Source: Candidatus Poribacteria bacterium
Lineage (GTDB): Bacteria; Poribacteria; WGA-4E; WGA-3G
Direction: 5' to 3'
DNA: 64,000 nt
Assembly (NCBI GenBank): GCA_965197475.1
Contig: CBDANF010000003.1
Span: forward strand, 2,944,001-3,008,000
Shown piece by piece: positions 39,027 through 48,594 of this stretch. Below the pieces are notes generated by a model. It did no database searches. It was not told the DNA's origin and saw nothing but the letters and a program-made list of their open reading frames with translations. The first letter of the stretch is position 1. The number at the start of each line of letters is the position of its first letter. A program made the translations under genes and the position numbers.

Positions 39027-40076
39027 TTACCAGTTATCTCTTGTGACATAGAGAGAACGATTTTCCATTGGAAGCGAGACACGATTGCCACCCAACCGAT
39101 GCGATTCAATCATGCCCATCAACGTCTCTTGACTACGCCGTGCAAGATGAACAGGTCCTTTTGTTACACGGTCTTCGTCAAGTGCTTCGGCGATGTCCGT
39201 TATGCCCATAACAGTACCAGTAGCACGGGAAACTTCTGGAAATGGTACGGCCTCATAAAAAGCACCATCTTTTTTACGAAATTGAACTTCTCTGCTGTTA
39301 TTTTGGACTCGGATTTTGCCACCTGTGCCGCACACCTCAAATTCGGGTCCTGTACCAGCAGTATTATACCCGTGCACCCCGTTGGAAAAACGGATATACC
39401 CACAAGTAATTGCTGGATCAGCGTTCAAGCGATTTCCATCCCAATCTGAGTCCTTGCACGAAACTGTACCTTGAACAAAGTTAACCTCTGGATCACCTGC
39501 AAGAAAAAGGAGCATGTCGGCGGCGTGCGTTAATCCCCAAAGCGCGGAGCTTGCACCGCATTGTGCAATGGTACACTGAATGTCGCCGATTTCGCCCGCA
39601 TCAACGAGTTCGCGCACTTTGCGATAAATAGGCATGAAGCGGCGTTGCGTACCGTAGTTGAATTTGACACCGTGCTTTTCAACAATATCCACCATGATGT
39701 CTGCTTCTTCCATAGAACAGCAAAGCGGTTTTTCACAGTAGATACCCTTGACACTGTTTTCTGCTGCGAAAACAGTAATATCTGCGTGTGGTCCTGGGCG
39801 CGTGGCGATACAGACGATGTCAGGTTTCTCTTTTTCAATCATCTGTTGGTAGTCTGTATAGGCGCGCTCGGCTCCGTAACGTTGTCGGATAGCTTCGGCT
39901 TTTTCAGCGAAGACATCGGAGACAGCGACGAGGTCTGTTCTGTCACAAGCAACAGCGGCTGCAGCGTGAGAGAAGGGTTGCCAGATGAAACTATCGGGAC
40001 GGTCTGCGACTTCATCGTCAATAGTTGCGCCCATCCGTCCGCATCCGATGAGACAAGTTTTATATGTGTGTGGCAT
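39027..40076 (-). CDS. Gfo/Idh/MocA-family oxidoreductase
   Basis: LIGCGRMG, IYCEKPL and THAAD motifs. Confidence 0.88.
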   Translation of the reverse strand: MPHTYKTCLIGCGRMGATIDDEVADRPDSFIWQPFSHAAAAVACDRTDLVAVSDVFAEKAEAIRQRYGAERAYTDYQQMIEKEKPDIVCIATRPGPHADITVFAAENSVKGIYCEKPLCCSMEEADIMVDIVEKHGVKFNYGTQRRFMPIYRKVRELVDAGEIGDIQCTIAQCGASSALWGLTHAADMLLFLAGDPEVNFVQGTVSCKDSDWDGNRLNADPAITCGYIRFSNGVHGYNTAGTGPEFEVCGTGGKIRVQNNSREVQFRKKDGAFYEAVPFPEVSRATGTVMGITDIAEALDEDRVTKGPVHLARRSQETLMGMIESHRLGGNRVSLPMENRSLYVTRDNW

Positions 40077-40164
40077 ATTTTTCTCCTACAACATAAATCC
40101 CAGTGATCAACATAAAAGCGTTATAATAAAATCAATACCTTCGCCAAAAAATACTTGAATAAAT

Positions 40165-40448
40165 AGGGCTGTTGTCCAAAAGTTATAACAACTAAACATA
40201 ACTTAGAAAGGACAATCCCCATACCCTAAAATTATAGCACTGTTTACTGTTTTTATTCCACATTTATCCGCAACGACGACCTGTCAATTATGCCGAGTTG
40301 CATTCGCACTGCTTGCGATGACAGGGCGGGTAACAATGTTAAATATATCTCGCTGGACTTCACAAGGAGGTAGCTACCGCACCGGACAACGCTTTTTCAA
40401 CACTGTTATTCCCTGGGCAGCGATTTGCTGGATGTTTTTTCGCACGCA
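40165..40448 (+). mobile_element. Truncated IS (IS4/IS701-like) left end and transposase N-terminus
   Basis: LLAMTGRVTMLNISRWTSQGGSYRT.QRFFNTVIPW matches the N-terminal pattern of such transposases. Candidate end GGGCTGTTGTCCAAAAG. No partner end found. Confidence 0.55.
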
Positions 40449-40449
40449 G

Positions 40450-40877
40450 AGGTTTTTGGTGAGCAGAAATATGTGGTATACTGCGGTCCGATCGGATCCG
40501 GACAGATCGTTAAGGGAGTAAATCAATTAGCAATGGGACTCGGTGCTGCTGCTTACATGGAAGCCATGGCGTTTGGCGTATATGCTGATGTGGATCCGAT
40601 AGCAATTCGTAACGCTGTTGGCATGGGTGATGGTTGGCGTGGAGAGTTTGACAGAATCGCAAAACGTATTATAGATGACTCAGGAAAAAAGCTCGTTGTT
40701 AAATATCCTGAATTACTCTATTTTCTTGCTGAAGCAGAAGCATCGGGATTTGAGATTCCACTTACAGAAGCACTTTATGAATTTTGTAAAAAGGGAAGTT
40801 ATACGATGTATGACAACATGAACCGACCATCGCGTTCTTTTTGGCATGAATTGACCAAAGACTCTAATCAGGAATAG
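40450..40877 (+). pseudogene. C-terminal half of an NAD(P)-dependent beta-hydroxyacid dehydrogenase-family gene
   Basis: VYCGPIGSGQIVKGVNQL motif; the N-terminal Rossmann domain is missing, replaced by the IS fragment. Confidence 0.6.
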
Positions 40878-40918
40878 CATTTCCACATTTAATTCAAATA
40901 TTCAATCTCTAATTTCTG

Positions 40919-42007
40919 CTACGGTGTTACTGATTTCGCACAACGGAAACCAGTAAGATGGCTTGTGCGTGCTGGATCATTTCCACGTCGGTAAGTTATC
41001 CATACACGTGGTTGACCACTCTCGACCCATGAACCACCCCGTAATGCACGAGAAGATTTAATGTTCTTAAAATTATCTATAACCTCCTTAATACTATCGT
41101 CACCAGCAATCGGATTACTGTCCGGTGGATCTTCATAAAAATCTTTATCATACGCATCAAGACACCATTCCAATACGTTTCCAACCATATCATATAGACC
41201 ATACCCGTTAGTGGGATAATCCCCAACAGGCGTTGTACTACCGGTAACGCCAACATTCAAGGTGTAGTTCGCCTTGTTATCGTCAATTGAATTTCCCCAC
41301 GGATATTTTTGACCTTCTACACCACCACGTGCAGCTTTTTCCCATTCTGCCTCAGTCGGTAAACGCTTTTCTACCCATTCAGCATACGCAGCAGCTGCAT
41401 ACCAACTCACATAAATAACAGGATGGTCAGCTTTTTCGCTTGGATAAGTATTTCCAGACCAATTGACGAGATAATTTCCATCATGAAATTTGCTGTCAAT
41501 ATGCTCTTTTTGCCACTCAGGGTTGGCATCAACGAATTTTTTATATTGTATATTCGTTACCTCATATTTGTCGATATAGAACGCGTCAAGGTAGACCGGA
41601 TGTCCAGCTTGTTCAACATTTCCTGCTTGTCCGCTGATACTGCCTAACTGAAATTTTCCTTCAGGAATTAGTACCATGCCTTCAGGGGTTACGACATGGT
41701 CTTCTACAGTGAAAGTGAGTCTACGGCTCCCACCTTCCCAAGTGACTTCTACATCAAGCTTCCCTAATGTGAAGGGACCCGTAATAGTTACAATCTTATC
41801 AGATGTAGTTGATTTTCCTGGCGAAACAGTAAGATTTTGTGGAGTGCGATTAAAACTTACAGTAATAGTTGCGTCAGTGGATATAGTACTTCCATCGGAC
41901 GGATCCACAGATTGGATTTCTACCGAGTCATCTTCTCCACAGCCAATTATAGAGAAGGTAAAAATATATGCAAGAATTATTGCTAAAAAATATGATTTCT
42001 TTTTCAA
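40919..42007 (-). CDS. Formylglycine-generating-enzyme (SUMF1/EgtB/PvdO)-domain lipoprotein with an N-terminal Ig-like domain
   Basis: Lipobox IIGC; FYIDKYEVTN, HPVIYVSW, RLPTEAEWEKAARGG, GLYDMVGNVLEW, RGGSW and GFRC motifs. Confidence 0.9.
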   Translation of the reverse strand: MKKKSYFLAIILAYIFTFSIIGCGEDDSVEIQSVDPSDGSTISTDATITVSFNRTPQNLTVSPGKSTTSDKIVTITGPFTLGKLDVEVTWEGGSRRLTFTVEDHVVTPEGMVLIPEGKFQLGSISGQAGNVEQAGHPVYLDAFYIDKYEVTNIQYKKFVDANPEWQKEHIDSKFHDGNYLVNWSGNTYPSEKADHPVIYVSWYAAAAYAEWVEKRLPTEAEWEKAARGGVEGQKYPWGNSIDDNKANYTLNVGVTGSTTPVGDYPTNGYGLYDMVGNVLEWCLDAYDKDFYEDPPDSNPIAGDDSIKEVIDNFKNIKSSRALRGGSWVESGQPRVWITYRRGNDPARTSHLTGFRCAKSVTP

Positions 42008-42399
42008 AATATTCTCCTTTCAAATATCAAAAGTAGAGCAATCGGACTTACAAAGCCCTCCTATAAGAAAAGGCGAATGTAGATAGCATTAGTCTGTATT
42101 AAACGCAATGAGTAGTTTTGGACTTGCAACAAGCCCCTGAATTTTTAATTTTTAACACCCTTTGCACCTTTTTCCTTGACAAACCCCTCTCAAATAACGT
42201 ATCCTATTAAAATCATTCGTTGTCAGGGCTGTTAGTGCAACATACCTTATGTTGCACCCTGACACCACTTCTAACAGAGTGTAAACGAATGACCGGATGA
42301 TACCCCGTTTAACGTATCAATTTTATATGCTTGAGCAGTGCATAACGCATTGCATGATACGCTATGCACCATTTTATCTCAAGCAAAGTGAGGTGCATT

Positions 42400-42531
42400 A
42401 TGGCTTTTAAAAAGCCTGTCATGCGGTATCGCAGTGCCATTACTGGTAGATACGTACGACCATGGGTAGCAAAACGCTATCCCAAAACGACGGTTAAAGA
42501 AACCGACAAACCTCGCAAGCGGTGTAAATAA
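42400..42531 (+). CDS. 43-aa basic small protein (not in the ORF track)
   Basis: MAFKKPVMRYRSAITGRYVRPWVAKRYPKTTVKETDKPRKRCK*; GAGGT RBS; downstream hairpins. Confidence 0.7.
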   Translation: MAFKKPVMRYRSAITGRYVRPWVAKRYPKTTVKETDKPRKRCK

Positions 42532-42601
42532 TCCGCTTGCATACATGTTAGGGGTCTTTGATCCCTAACATACACATATTACCTCACTAAGGGAGCTTAA
42601 A

Positions 42602-43027
42602 ATGCACAGAAAAATTGGACCTGGTGGCGTTATCCTTAATCCTACAAACACACCTCCAGCATTGTCACGTCCAGATGAATTTAAAACCAACTGGAAACAA
42701 TTGTCGTTTTCATTCAAAGGTAGAATAAACCGAAAAGACTATTGGATATATTTCTTAGGTACTGGTTTATTATACATAACTTTTGGGGCATTTTTGATAT
42801 ATACAGTAGGTGAAATTGCGTATTACGCTTTTATGATACCAATTGGTTTCGTGAAATTCTTCTGGTGTGATAACGCTGTTACAGTGAAACGATTCCATGA
42901 TTTTGGTAGATCTGCTTGGTATCTTATCCCACTTTACATACCTCTGATTGGTATAGTCCTTTGGTTTATGTTTGCTTTCAGTAAAGGTGATCCCGAACCA
43001 AACAAGTATGGCGAACCGCCCAAATAA
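42602..43027 (+). CDS. DUF805-family membrane protein (passenger)
   Basis: FSFKGRINRKDYW...VKRFHDFGRSAW...GDPEPNKYGEPP. Confidence 0.85.
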   Translation: MHRKIGPGGVILNPTNTPPALSRPDEFKTNWKQLSFSFKGRINRKDYWIYFLGTGLLYITFGAFLIYTVGEIAYYAFMIPIGFVKFFWCDNAVTVKRFHDFGRSAWYLIPLYIPLIGIVLWFMFAFSKGDPEPNKYGEPPK

Positions 43028-43080
43028 CCCAACAACGAGGGGACCCTGTCCCCTCTAACCACAAAGGAGATTAAACCCAT

Positions 43081-43404
43081 GTGGGTAATACTGAAGAACC
43101 CCGTAAAGGACCCGAATTTGATCTTTTAGCAGTTCATCTTGAATCTTTTAACGCAATTGCTATATTCAACTTTGACAAAAAATACCATCTTGCCATGATT
43201 AAACATTTCGACGGTCATTTTTCGAATCACTCATATATGCATTGCGTTTTTGATGTATTTGACACGTACAAACAGGCTCAGGACTTCTTTCAAGAGATGG
43301 TAGAATCCCTAAAGACTGGCGAATCAGTATTTGATCTGCGTCCCCGCGCGGATTTGAACTCAGAGAAAAAGGAGAAAAAGGAGAAAAAGGGTGGTTATCT
43401 ATAG
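43081..43404 (+). CDS. Hypothetical protein (passenger)
   Basis: AGGAG RBS, GTG start, 107 aa; converges on the transposase. Confidence 0.55.
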   Translation: MGNTEEPRKGPEFDLLAVHLESFNAIAIFNFDKKYHLAMIKHFDGHFSNHSYMHCVFDVFDTYKQAQDFFQEMVESLKTGESVFDLRPRADLNSEKKEKKEKKGGYL

Positions 43405-43407
43405 CAT

Positions 43408-44289
43408 TCATCTCATACTTTCATTGACAAACTTGACAAACAAGCTGTCAACGCTCCTATAGTTATACTTATAGCACGCTTCCGCCACATACAGCGGTGT
43501 GTATCCTGTCTGATAATGGTGATGCTGTCCATACCAAGCCCGTTTGAGTAGTGACCAGAACCCTTCAATCGTGTTTGTATGTGTATCACCATCAGCAAAC
43601 TGCACCTTGTGGTTGATAACAGCGTGCTTCATTTCTTTCCCAATAGCGTTGTAAGCCTGATATTCATCGGTTATTAGTTCCGAGTTTTTTAGGTTTACAG
43701 CACTCCGAATAAACTCAAGGATAGTGCGTCCTGTGAGGTTGTGTGCCACCTGTGCGACAACCCTACCCCCACGTTGCACTGCTCCTATTATAGCAGTTTT
43801 CTCCGTTCCTCTGCCACGTTTATGTGGTTCATCATCTTCACGTTTGTTCTTTTTACGAGATTTACCGCCAATATAGGTCTCATCTGCTTCAATGATACCT
43901 TGTAGTAAAGCCCCGCCTTTCTTTGCCATTTCAGCACGAATACGTGCCATCATAAACCATGCTGTCTTTTGATTCAAGTCTAAATCGCGCGCCAGTTGAT
44001 GACTTGACAAACTTTTCTTCGCATTCGTTATCAACGAAATAGCTAAAAACCACTTCTGTAACACTATCTTTGTCCCGTGAAACACCGACCTGCACGTCAC
44101 CTTGAAACTCACTTGGCACTCGTGGCAGTTCCACCGACCGATACGACCGATCTTTGTCTCCTCACGCCTGCCCACATGACCGCTTTCACAATGCGGACAC
44201 ACAGGTTTACCTCGCCACCGAATCTTCTCTAAATGCGAAATACAACTCTCTTGATCGGGGAAACGCTCCATCACCTTCAATAAATCCAT
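43408..44289 (-). CDS. IS1595-family transposase
   Basis: Close paralogue of 14827-15702 (IEADETYIGG, ITDEY, HTNTIEGFWS). Confidence 0.93.
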   Translation of the reverse strand: MDLLKVMERFPDQESCISHLEKIRWRGKPVCPHCESGHVGRREETKIGRIGRWNCHECQVSFKVTCRSVFHGTKIVLQKWFLAISLITNAKKSLSSHQLARDLDLNQKTAWFMMARIRAEMAKKGGALLQGIIEADETYIGGKSRKKNKREDDEPHKRGRGTEKTAIIGAVQRGGRVVAQVAHNLTGRTILEFIRSAVNLKNSELITDEYQAYNAIGKEMKHAVINHKVQFADGDTHTNTIEGFWSLLKRAWYGQHHHYQTGYTPLYVAEACYKYNYRSVDSLFVKFVNESMR

Positions 44290-44458
44290 CAGATAACTCC
44301 TTGAAATAGGAGTTGCTTTTTCTGACGGATTTCTGATATAATACCAGATAAGATTAGAACCTTCAGAAAGCAACTCTGCTTTTTGGGTTAATTGGGAGGC
44401 TACAACCTCCCTTTTTCTTATCTATATTATACCATATAAACCCAGTCTACACAAGGCT

Positions 44459-45271
44459 TTATAGCGATTTTTTAAAATTTTTCTCAAGTCCAAAACTACT
44501 CATTGCGGTATTAAATACCTGTTGCATTTCTACCTTTAACGTCTCAAACAATTCGCCTTTCAGACTGATTAGTTCCCTATCAGTGATGCTTCTAGGACGC
44601 GGTAACGGCACATCAACTTCCGCTTTTATTGATGCGGGTCTGGCAGTTAAGACATATATCTTATCAGCAAGCAGAAGTGCTTCCTCAATATCGTGGGTTA
44701 TCAACAGGACAGTCTGACCGCCTTTGTCCCAAATATCTAAAAGAATAGATTGCATCACAGTGCGGGTCATTGCATCCAATGCACCAAAAGGTTCATCCAA
44801 AAGCAGAATCTCTTTTCGGAAAAGGAGCGTCCTGACCAAAGCAACGCGTTGTCGCATCCCACCCGAAAGCTGCATCGGGTAACTATTTGAAAACCCCTGC
44901 AAACCGAGCTGCTCCAATAGTTTTTGTGCTTCCGTTTTTGCTGAACCAAACGATTCCTTCTGTATTTCTGGGCCGATGAGTACGTTCTTTAAGACTGTTC
45001 GCCAAGGGAGAAGGAGGTCCTTCTGTTGCATATACCCGAACGCGCCTGTATTACCTTGGATACGTTTCCCGTTGAGATAAATTTCCCCGGATTGCGGTGC
45101 GAGAAGTCCTGAGATAATATTGAACAACGTACTCTTACCGCATCCAGAGGGACCAAGCAATGCCACAAACTGCCCAGTATTCACTGAAAAGTTTAACTCG
45201 TTCAGTACTGACAGTTGTTTGTTGCTTTGAACGAATGCGTGTGTTAAATTCAGAACTTCAAGTTTTGTCAT
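44459..45271 (-). CDS. ABC transporter ATP-binding protein (TauB/SsuB-like); C-terminus replaced by IS sequence
   Basis: GPSGCGKS, LSGGMRQR, LLDEPFGALD and ITHDIEEA motifs. The pre-insertion end reads VFNTD*. Confidence 0.9.
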   Translation of the reverse strand: MTKLEVLNLTHAFVQSNKQLSVLNELNFSVNTGQFVALLGPSGCGKSTLFNIISGLLAPQSGEIYLNGKRIQGNTGAFGYMQQKDLLLPWRTVLKNVLIGPEIQKESFGSAKTEAQKLLEQLGLQGFSNSYPMQLSGGMRQRVALVRTLLFRKEILLLDEPFGALDAMTRTVMQSILLDIWDKGGQTVLLITHDIEEALLLADKIYVLTARPASIKAEVDVPLPRPRSITDRELISLKGELFETLKVEMQQVFNTAMSSFGLEKNFKKSL

Positions 45272-45330
45272 AATACTATGGTATCTGTTCTGCGCGGTCA
45301 CAAACCATCGCCTACGGTTTGAAAAAATAC

Positions 45331-46206
45331 CTAACCACGCGCAGCACGTTGCCGAAAAAAACGGATTAACGGTATAACATAAGACTCGTCTGTTTGGATA
45401 TCAATAAAATCAACCTGATTTACCCTAAAAGTATGTTGACGTTCTGCAGCATTTTTTTCATTAAGTTCTGCATATAACTGTCGTGCTTGTGTTGATCGCG
45501 TATCTACAACGATTCGCTCTCCAGTCTCCGCATCTTGTAACTCTATTATACCTACGTTTGGCATCTCCATTTCCCTTCGGTCCTGTAGGGATATTGCAAT
45601 CAGTGAATGCCGCTTGCTGGTCATACGCAGCTGCTTTTGATATTCCGTTCCCATAAAATCTGATATTAGGAACACAACACTATGCGGTTTGAGAACCCGA
45701 TCTGCAAATGTCAAAGCATCCGCAATATTAGTCCCCGTTTTTTGGGGTTGAAAACGGAGAATATCACGAACGACCCGCAGCACATGTCTTTTACCTTTGC
45801 GAGGTGCAACATAGTGTTCAACTGAATCGGTAAAGCAAATGAGTCCTACTTTGTCATTGTTTTTGATGGCAGAAAAAGCAAGCAGTGCGGCAATTTCTGC
45901 CGCTACCTCTGCTTTTGTCTCAGGAATACTTCCGAAGGTTGTTGAGGCACTCATATCCACGATCAACATCATTACGAGTTCGCGCTCCTCAACATACTTC
46001 TTGACATAAGCATGTCCCATGCGTGCAGTAACATTCCAATCGATCGTCCGGATTTCATCGCCAGGCTGATATTCTCGCACCTCATCAAATGTGATTCCCT
46101 GTCCCTTGAAAACACTTTCATACTCCCCTGCAAAGATAGTATTCACCAACCGATTGGAGAATATATCAATACGCCGAATCTTTTTGAGAATTTCTTTTTC
46201 ATCCAT
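45331..46206 (-). CDS. DUF58-domain protein (MoxR partner type)
   Basis: VFKGQG..F.EVREYQPGDEIRTIDWNVTAR, VDMSAS and LISDF motifs. Confidence 0.92.
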   Translation of the reverse strand: MDEKEILKKIRRIDIFSNRLVNTIFAGEYESVFKGQGITFDEVREYQPGDEIRTIDWNVTARMGHAYVKKYVEERELVMMLIVDMSASTTFGSIPETKAEVAAEIAALLAFSAIKNNDKVGLICFTDSVEHYVAPRKGKRHVLRVVRDILRFQPQKTGTNIADALTFADRVLKPHSVVFLISDFMGTEYQKQLRMTSKRHSLIAISLQDRREMEMPNVGIIELQDAETGERIVVDTRSTQARQLYAELNEKNAAERQHTFRVNQVDFIDIQTDESYVIPLIRFFRQRAARG

Positions 46207-46311
46207 ACCGTTTTCCCATAGGACAGATTTTCGTTGCTTAATTTTCAACGTCCCATTATATTATCAGAAAAGCAGCGAGAAATCAACATCTTTATCAGAG
46301 TGAGGACACCT

Positions 46312-47142
46312 ATGCAGCATGTTTTAGACGGAACCAAAATTGAAATCCACAGTGAAATCCAAACAGGGAACATCCGTCATGTCGTTTTCGATTTTGATGG
46401 GACTATCTCTCTGATTCGAGACGGATGGCAAAACGTGATGATCCCGATGATGGTTGAATTCCTTCAAACCGAAACCGAGACAACTGAAACACGCGAGGAG
46501 CTGGAATCAATCGTCGTCGAATTTGTGGATAGATTGACAGGCAAACAGACTATCTATCAGATGATCCAGTTAAGTGAAGAGATCGAAAAGCGGGGAGGGA
46601 AACCGAAGGATCCGATTGCGTACAAGGATGCGTATAACCAACATCTACTTCCGATTGTTGAACAACGAATTGCGGACCTTGCGGCAGGAACGTTATCTGC
46701 TGAAACGCTACGCGTTCCAATGGCACTTGAATTTCTCCAAAGTCTGCATGAATTGGGTGTAAAGTGCTATCTCGCGAGTGGAACAGATGTTGAATTCGTC
46801 AAGAATGAAGCGGAACTTCTCGGTGTTGCAGCCTATTTTAATGGTGGCATTTTCGGTGCATTGCGGGAATATAAGAAGTTTTCCAAAGCCATGGTCATCC
46901 AGAAAATTCTCACAGATTTCAAACTGAGTGGCAGTGAACTTCTTATCGTTGGCGATGGGTATGTGGAGATCGAAAATGCTAAAGCAGTAGGTGCGATTGC
47001 TGTGGGTGTTGCGTCCGTTGAGGACAATATCTATAATATGAACGCTGATAAACGGGAACGACTTATTCGTGCTGGGGCAGACATCATTATTCCGGATTTC
47101 CGAGAGGGTGGACAACTTCTTAAATATCTATTTAACCAATAA
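46312..47142 (+). CDS. HAD-superfamily hydrolase
   Basis: FDFDGTISL, LASG, K and VGDGYVE motifs. Confidence 0.88.
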   Translation: MQHVLDGTKIEIHSEIQTGNIRHVVFDFDGTISLIRDGWQNVMIPMMVEFLQTETETTETREELESIVVEFVDRLTGKQTIYQMIQLSEEIEKRGGKPKDPIAYKDAYNQHLLPIVEQRIADLAAGTLSAETLRVPMALEFLQSLHELGVKCYLASGTDVEFVKNEAELLGVAAYFNGGIFGALREYKKFSKAMVIQKILTDFKLSGSELLIVGDGYVEIENAKAVGAIAVGVASVEDNIYNMNADKRERLIRAGADIIIPDFREGGQLLKYLFNQ

Positions 47143-47514
47143 GATTGCATCCGGTTTACCATTTTTGACACAGTGCACATGTTCACAACGAGGACAAGCA
47201 TTCAACAGACCTTACTTTACAATGTTTTATATGTCAAGTATATTGTAAAACATTAAGACAATATATCTCTTGATTCTTTTTTGTAAAGTGTTATCATATA
47301 TAAAAGTTTGTAGCAAGCTGTGCAATTCAGTGGGTTACCGTGCAGACTGCTCAAATCATTTGTTATGTAAAACCCTTGCGTACCCTTCCCCGCTTTCGCG
47401 ACCATTTGTAATTCGGGGGTTAATCCCTGCGTCGATTGTATTTTATTTCGGAGAGCTCGCGATTCTTGGCGAGTTTCTGCGGGAAAATGGGAGAAGAATG
47501 AGAGGATTCAGACA

Positions 47515-48315
47515 GTGAAGCGAATAAGCGCGTTCATAACAAGATATATATATGCCGCATTTTCTTGTCTGTATCTGTTTATGGTCGGATTCCTTTTCGA
47601 GAAAAACCGTCTTTTTATTGAGCGGATTTGTGCCCAGTTCGGCTACGTCAAGAAAACCCCTATCCTCATTGTCCCAACGATTGAATTGGCAAAGGTCGTC
47701 TCAGAAGATATCCCGATTCAGGTCCGTGAGCCCGTCGCCATTGATGGCAACATCTCGCTCGCCGAGATCACTGTTATGTCCAAATTAGTGAAAAGGCATA
47801 ACCCGAATAGACTCTTTGAGATCGGCACGTTTGACGGACGCACAACACTGAATTTGGCCGCAAATGCTTCAGCGGAAGCCGAAGTCTACACCCTTGACCT
47901 ACCCAAGGATAAACTATCTGTGACAGACTTGCCATTAGAAACTGGAGAAGAAAAATATGTTGATCAGGAGGTTTCGGGGCTAAGATTTTTGGGAACCGAT
48001 TGTGAGCAGAAGATCACCCAATTGTACGGCGATTCGGCGACCTTTGATTTTTCTCCATTTTTCAACACAGTGGATTTCATATTCATAGATGGTTCCCATT
48101 CCTATGAATATGTATTGAATGATTCAAAACGGGCACTCGAATTATTGCGGGACGGACAGGGTGTGATTTTATGGCACGATTACGGTAAACCGTGGTGGTC
48201 GGGACTGACTACCGCATTAAATGAGATGTATTCAGCGAGGAAGGAATTCAAAAACATCCAACATATTCAGGAAACTTCTTTGGTGTACTTGGTGATTGAC
48301 GATAGCCGCGTTTAG
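47515..48315 (+). CDS. Class I SAM-dependent methyltransferase (Methyltransf_24-like)
   Basis: FEIGTFDGRT, YGDS, FIFIDGSHSY and WHDY motifs. Confidence 0.85.
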   Translation: MKRISAFITRYIYAAFSCLYLFMVGFLFEKNRLFIERICAQFGYVKKTPILIVPTIELAKVVSEDIPIQVREPVAIDGNISLAEITVMSKLVKRHNPNRLFEIGTFDGRTTLNLAANASAEAEVYTLDLPKDKLSVTDLPLETGEEKYVDQEVSGLRFLGTDCEQKITQLYGDSATFDFSPFFNTVDFIFIDGSHSYEYVLNDSKRALELLRDGQGVILWHDYGKPWWSGLTTALNEMYSARKEFKNIQHIQETSLVYLVIDDSRV

Positions 48316-48594
48316 TAATATGTAGACATTCCTTAGTTGGTGTCCATTCTAAAATTATAGTCTATTTCTATTTTTCAAGAGAACTTGACAGCCAATGGTA
48401 TTCTTTTAGACTGTTCCTAACTAAATTTTGGAGGAACAGTGTCTTTTACCAAATTAACTTGATGAGTATTTTTCTGATAAAGTTTAGCATTGCAAGGCAC
48501 AGAGACCTCGCGCTACAAATCGGGTTAATTTGGTATAAGTCCTACCATAATTAGAACGCACAAAACCGGGCACACCGTCTCAAGATTCAAAGAC

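Larger units (their letters stand above)
42104..44507 (-). mobile_element. IS1595-family transporter IS (copy C, 2404 bp) with three passenger genes
   Basis: Perfect 23-bp TIRs CGCAATGAGTAGTTTTGGACTTG (42104-42126 and rc 44485-44507). 8-bp TSD GTATTAAA at 42096-42103 and 44508-44515. Confidence 0.95.

Noticed and set aside
14610-44507. Composite transposon formed by IS1595 copies B and C
   Set aside because: Each element has its own matching TSD pair, so they are independent insertions.
47270-47518. 82-aa ORF or riboswitch upstream of the methyltransferase
   Set aside because: No RBS or protein motif, and no riboswitch consensus recognised.
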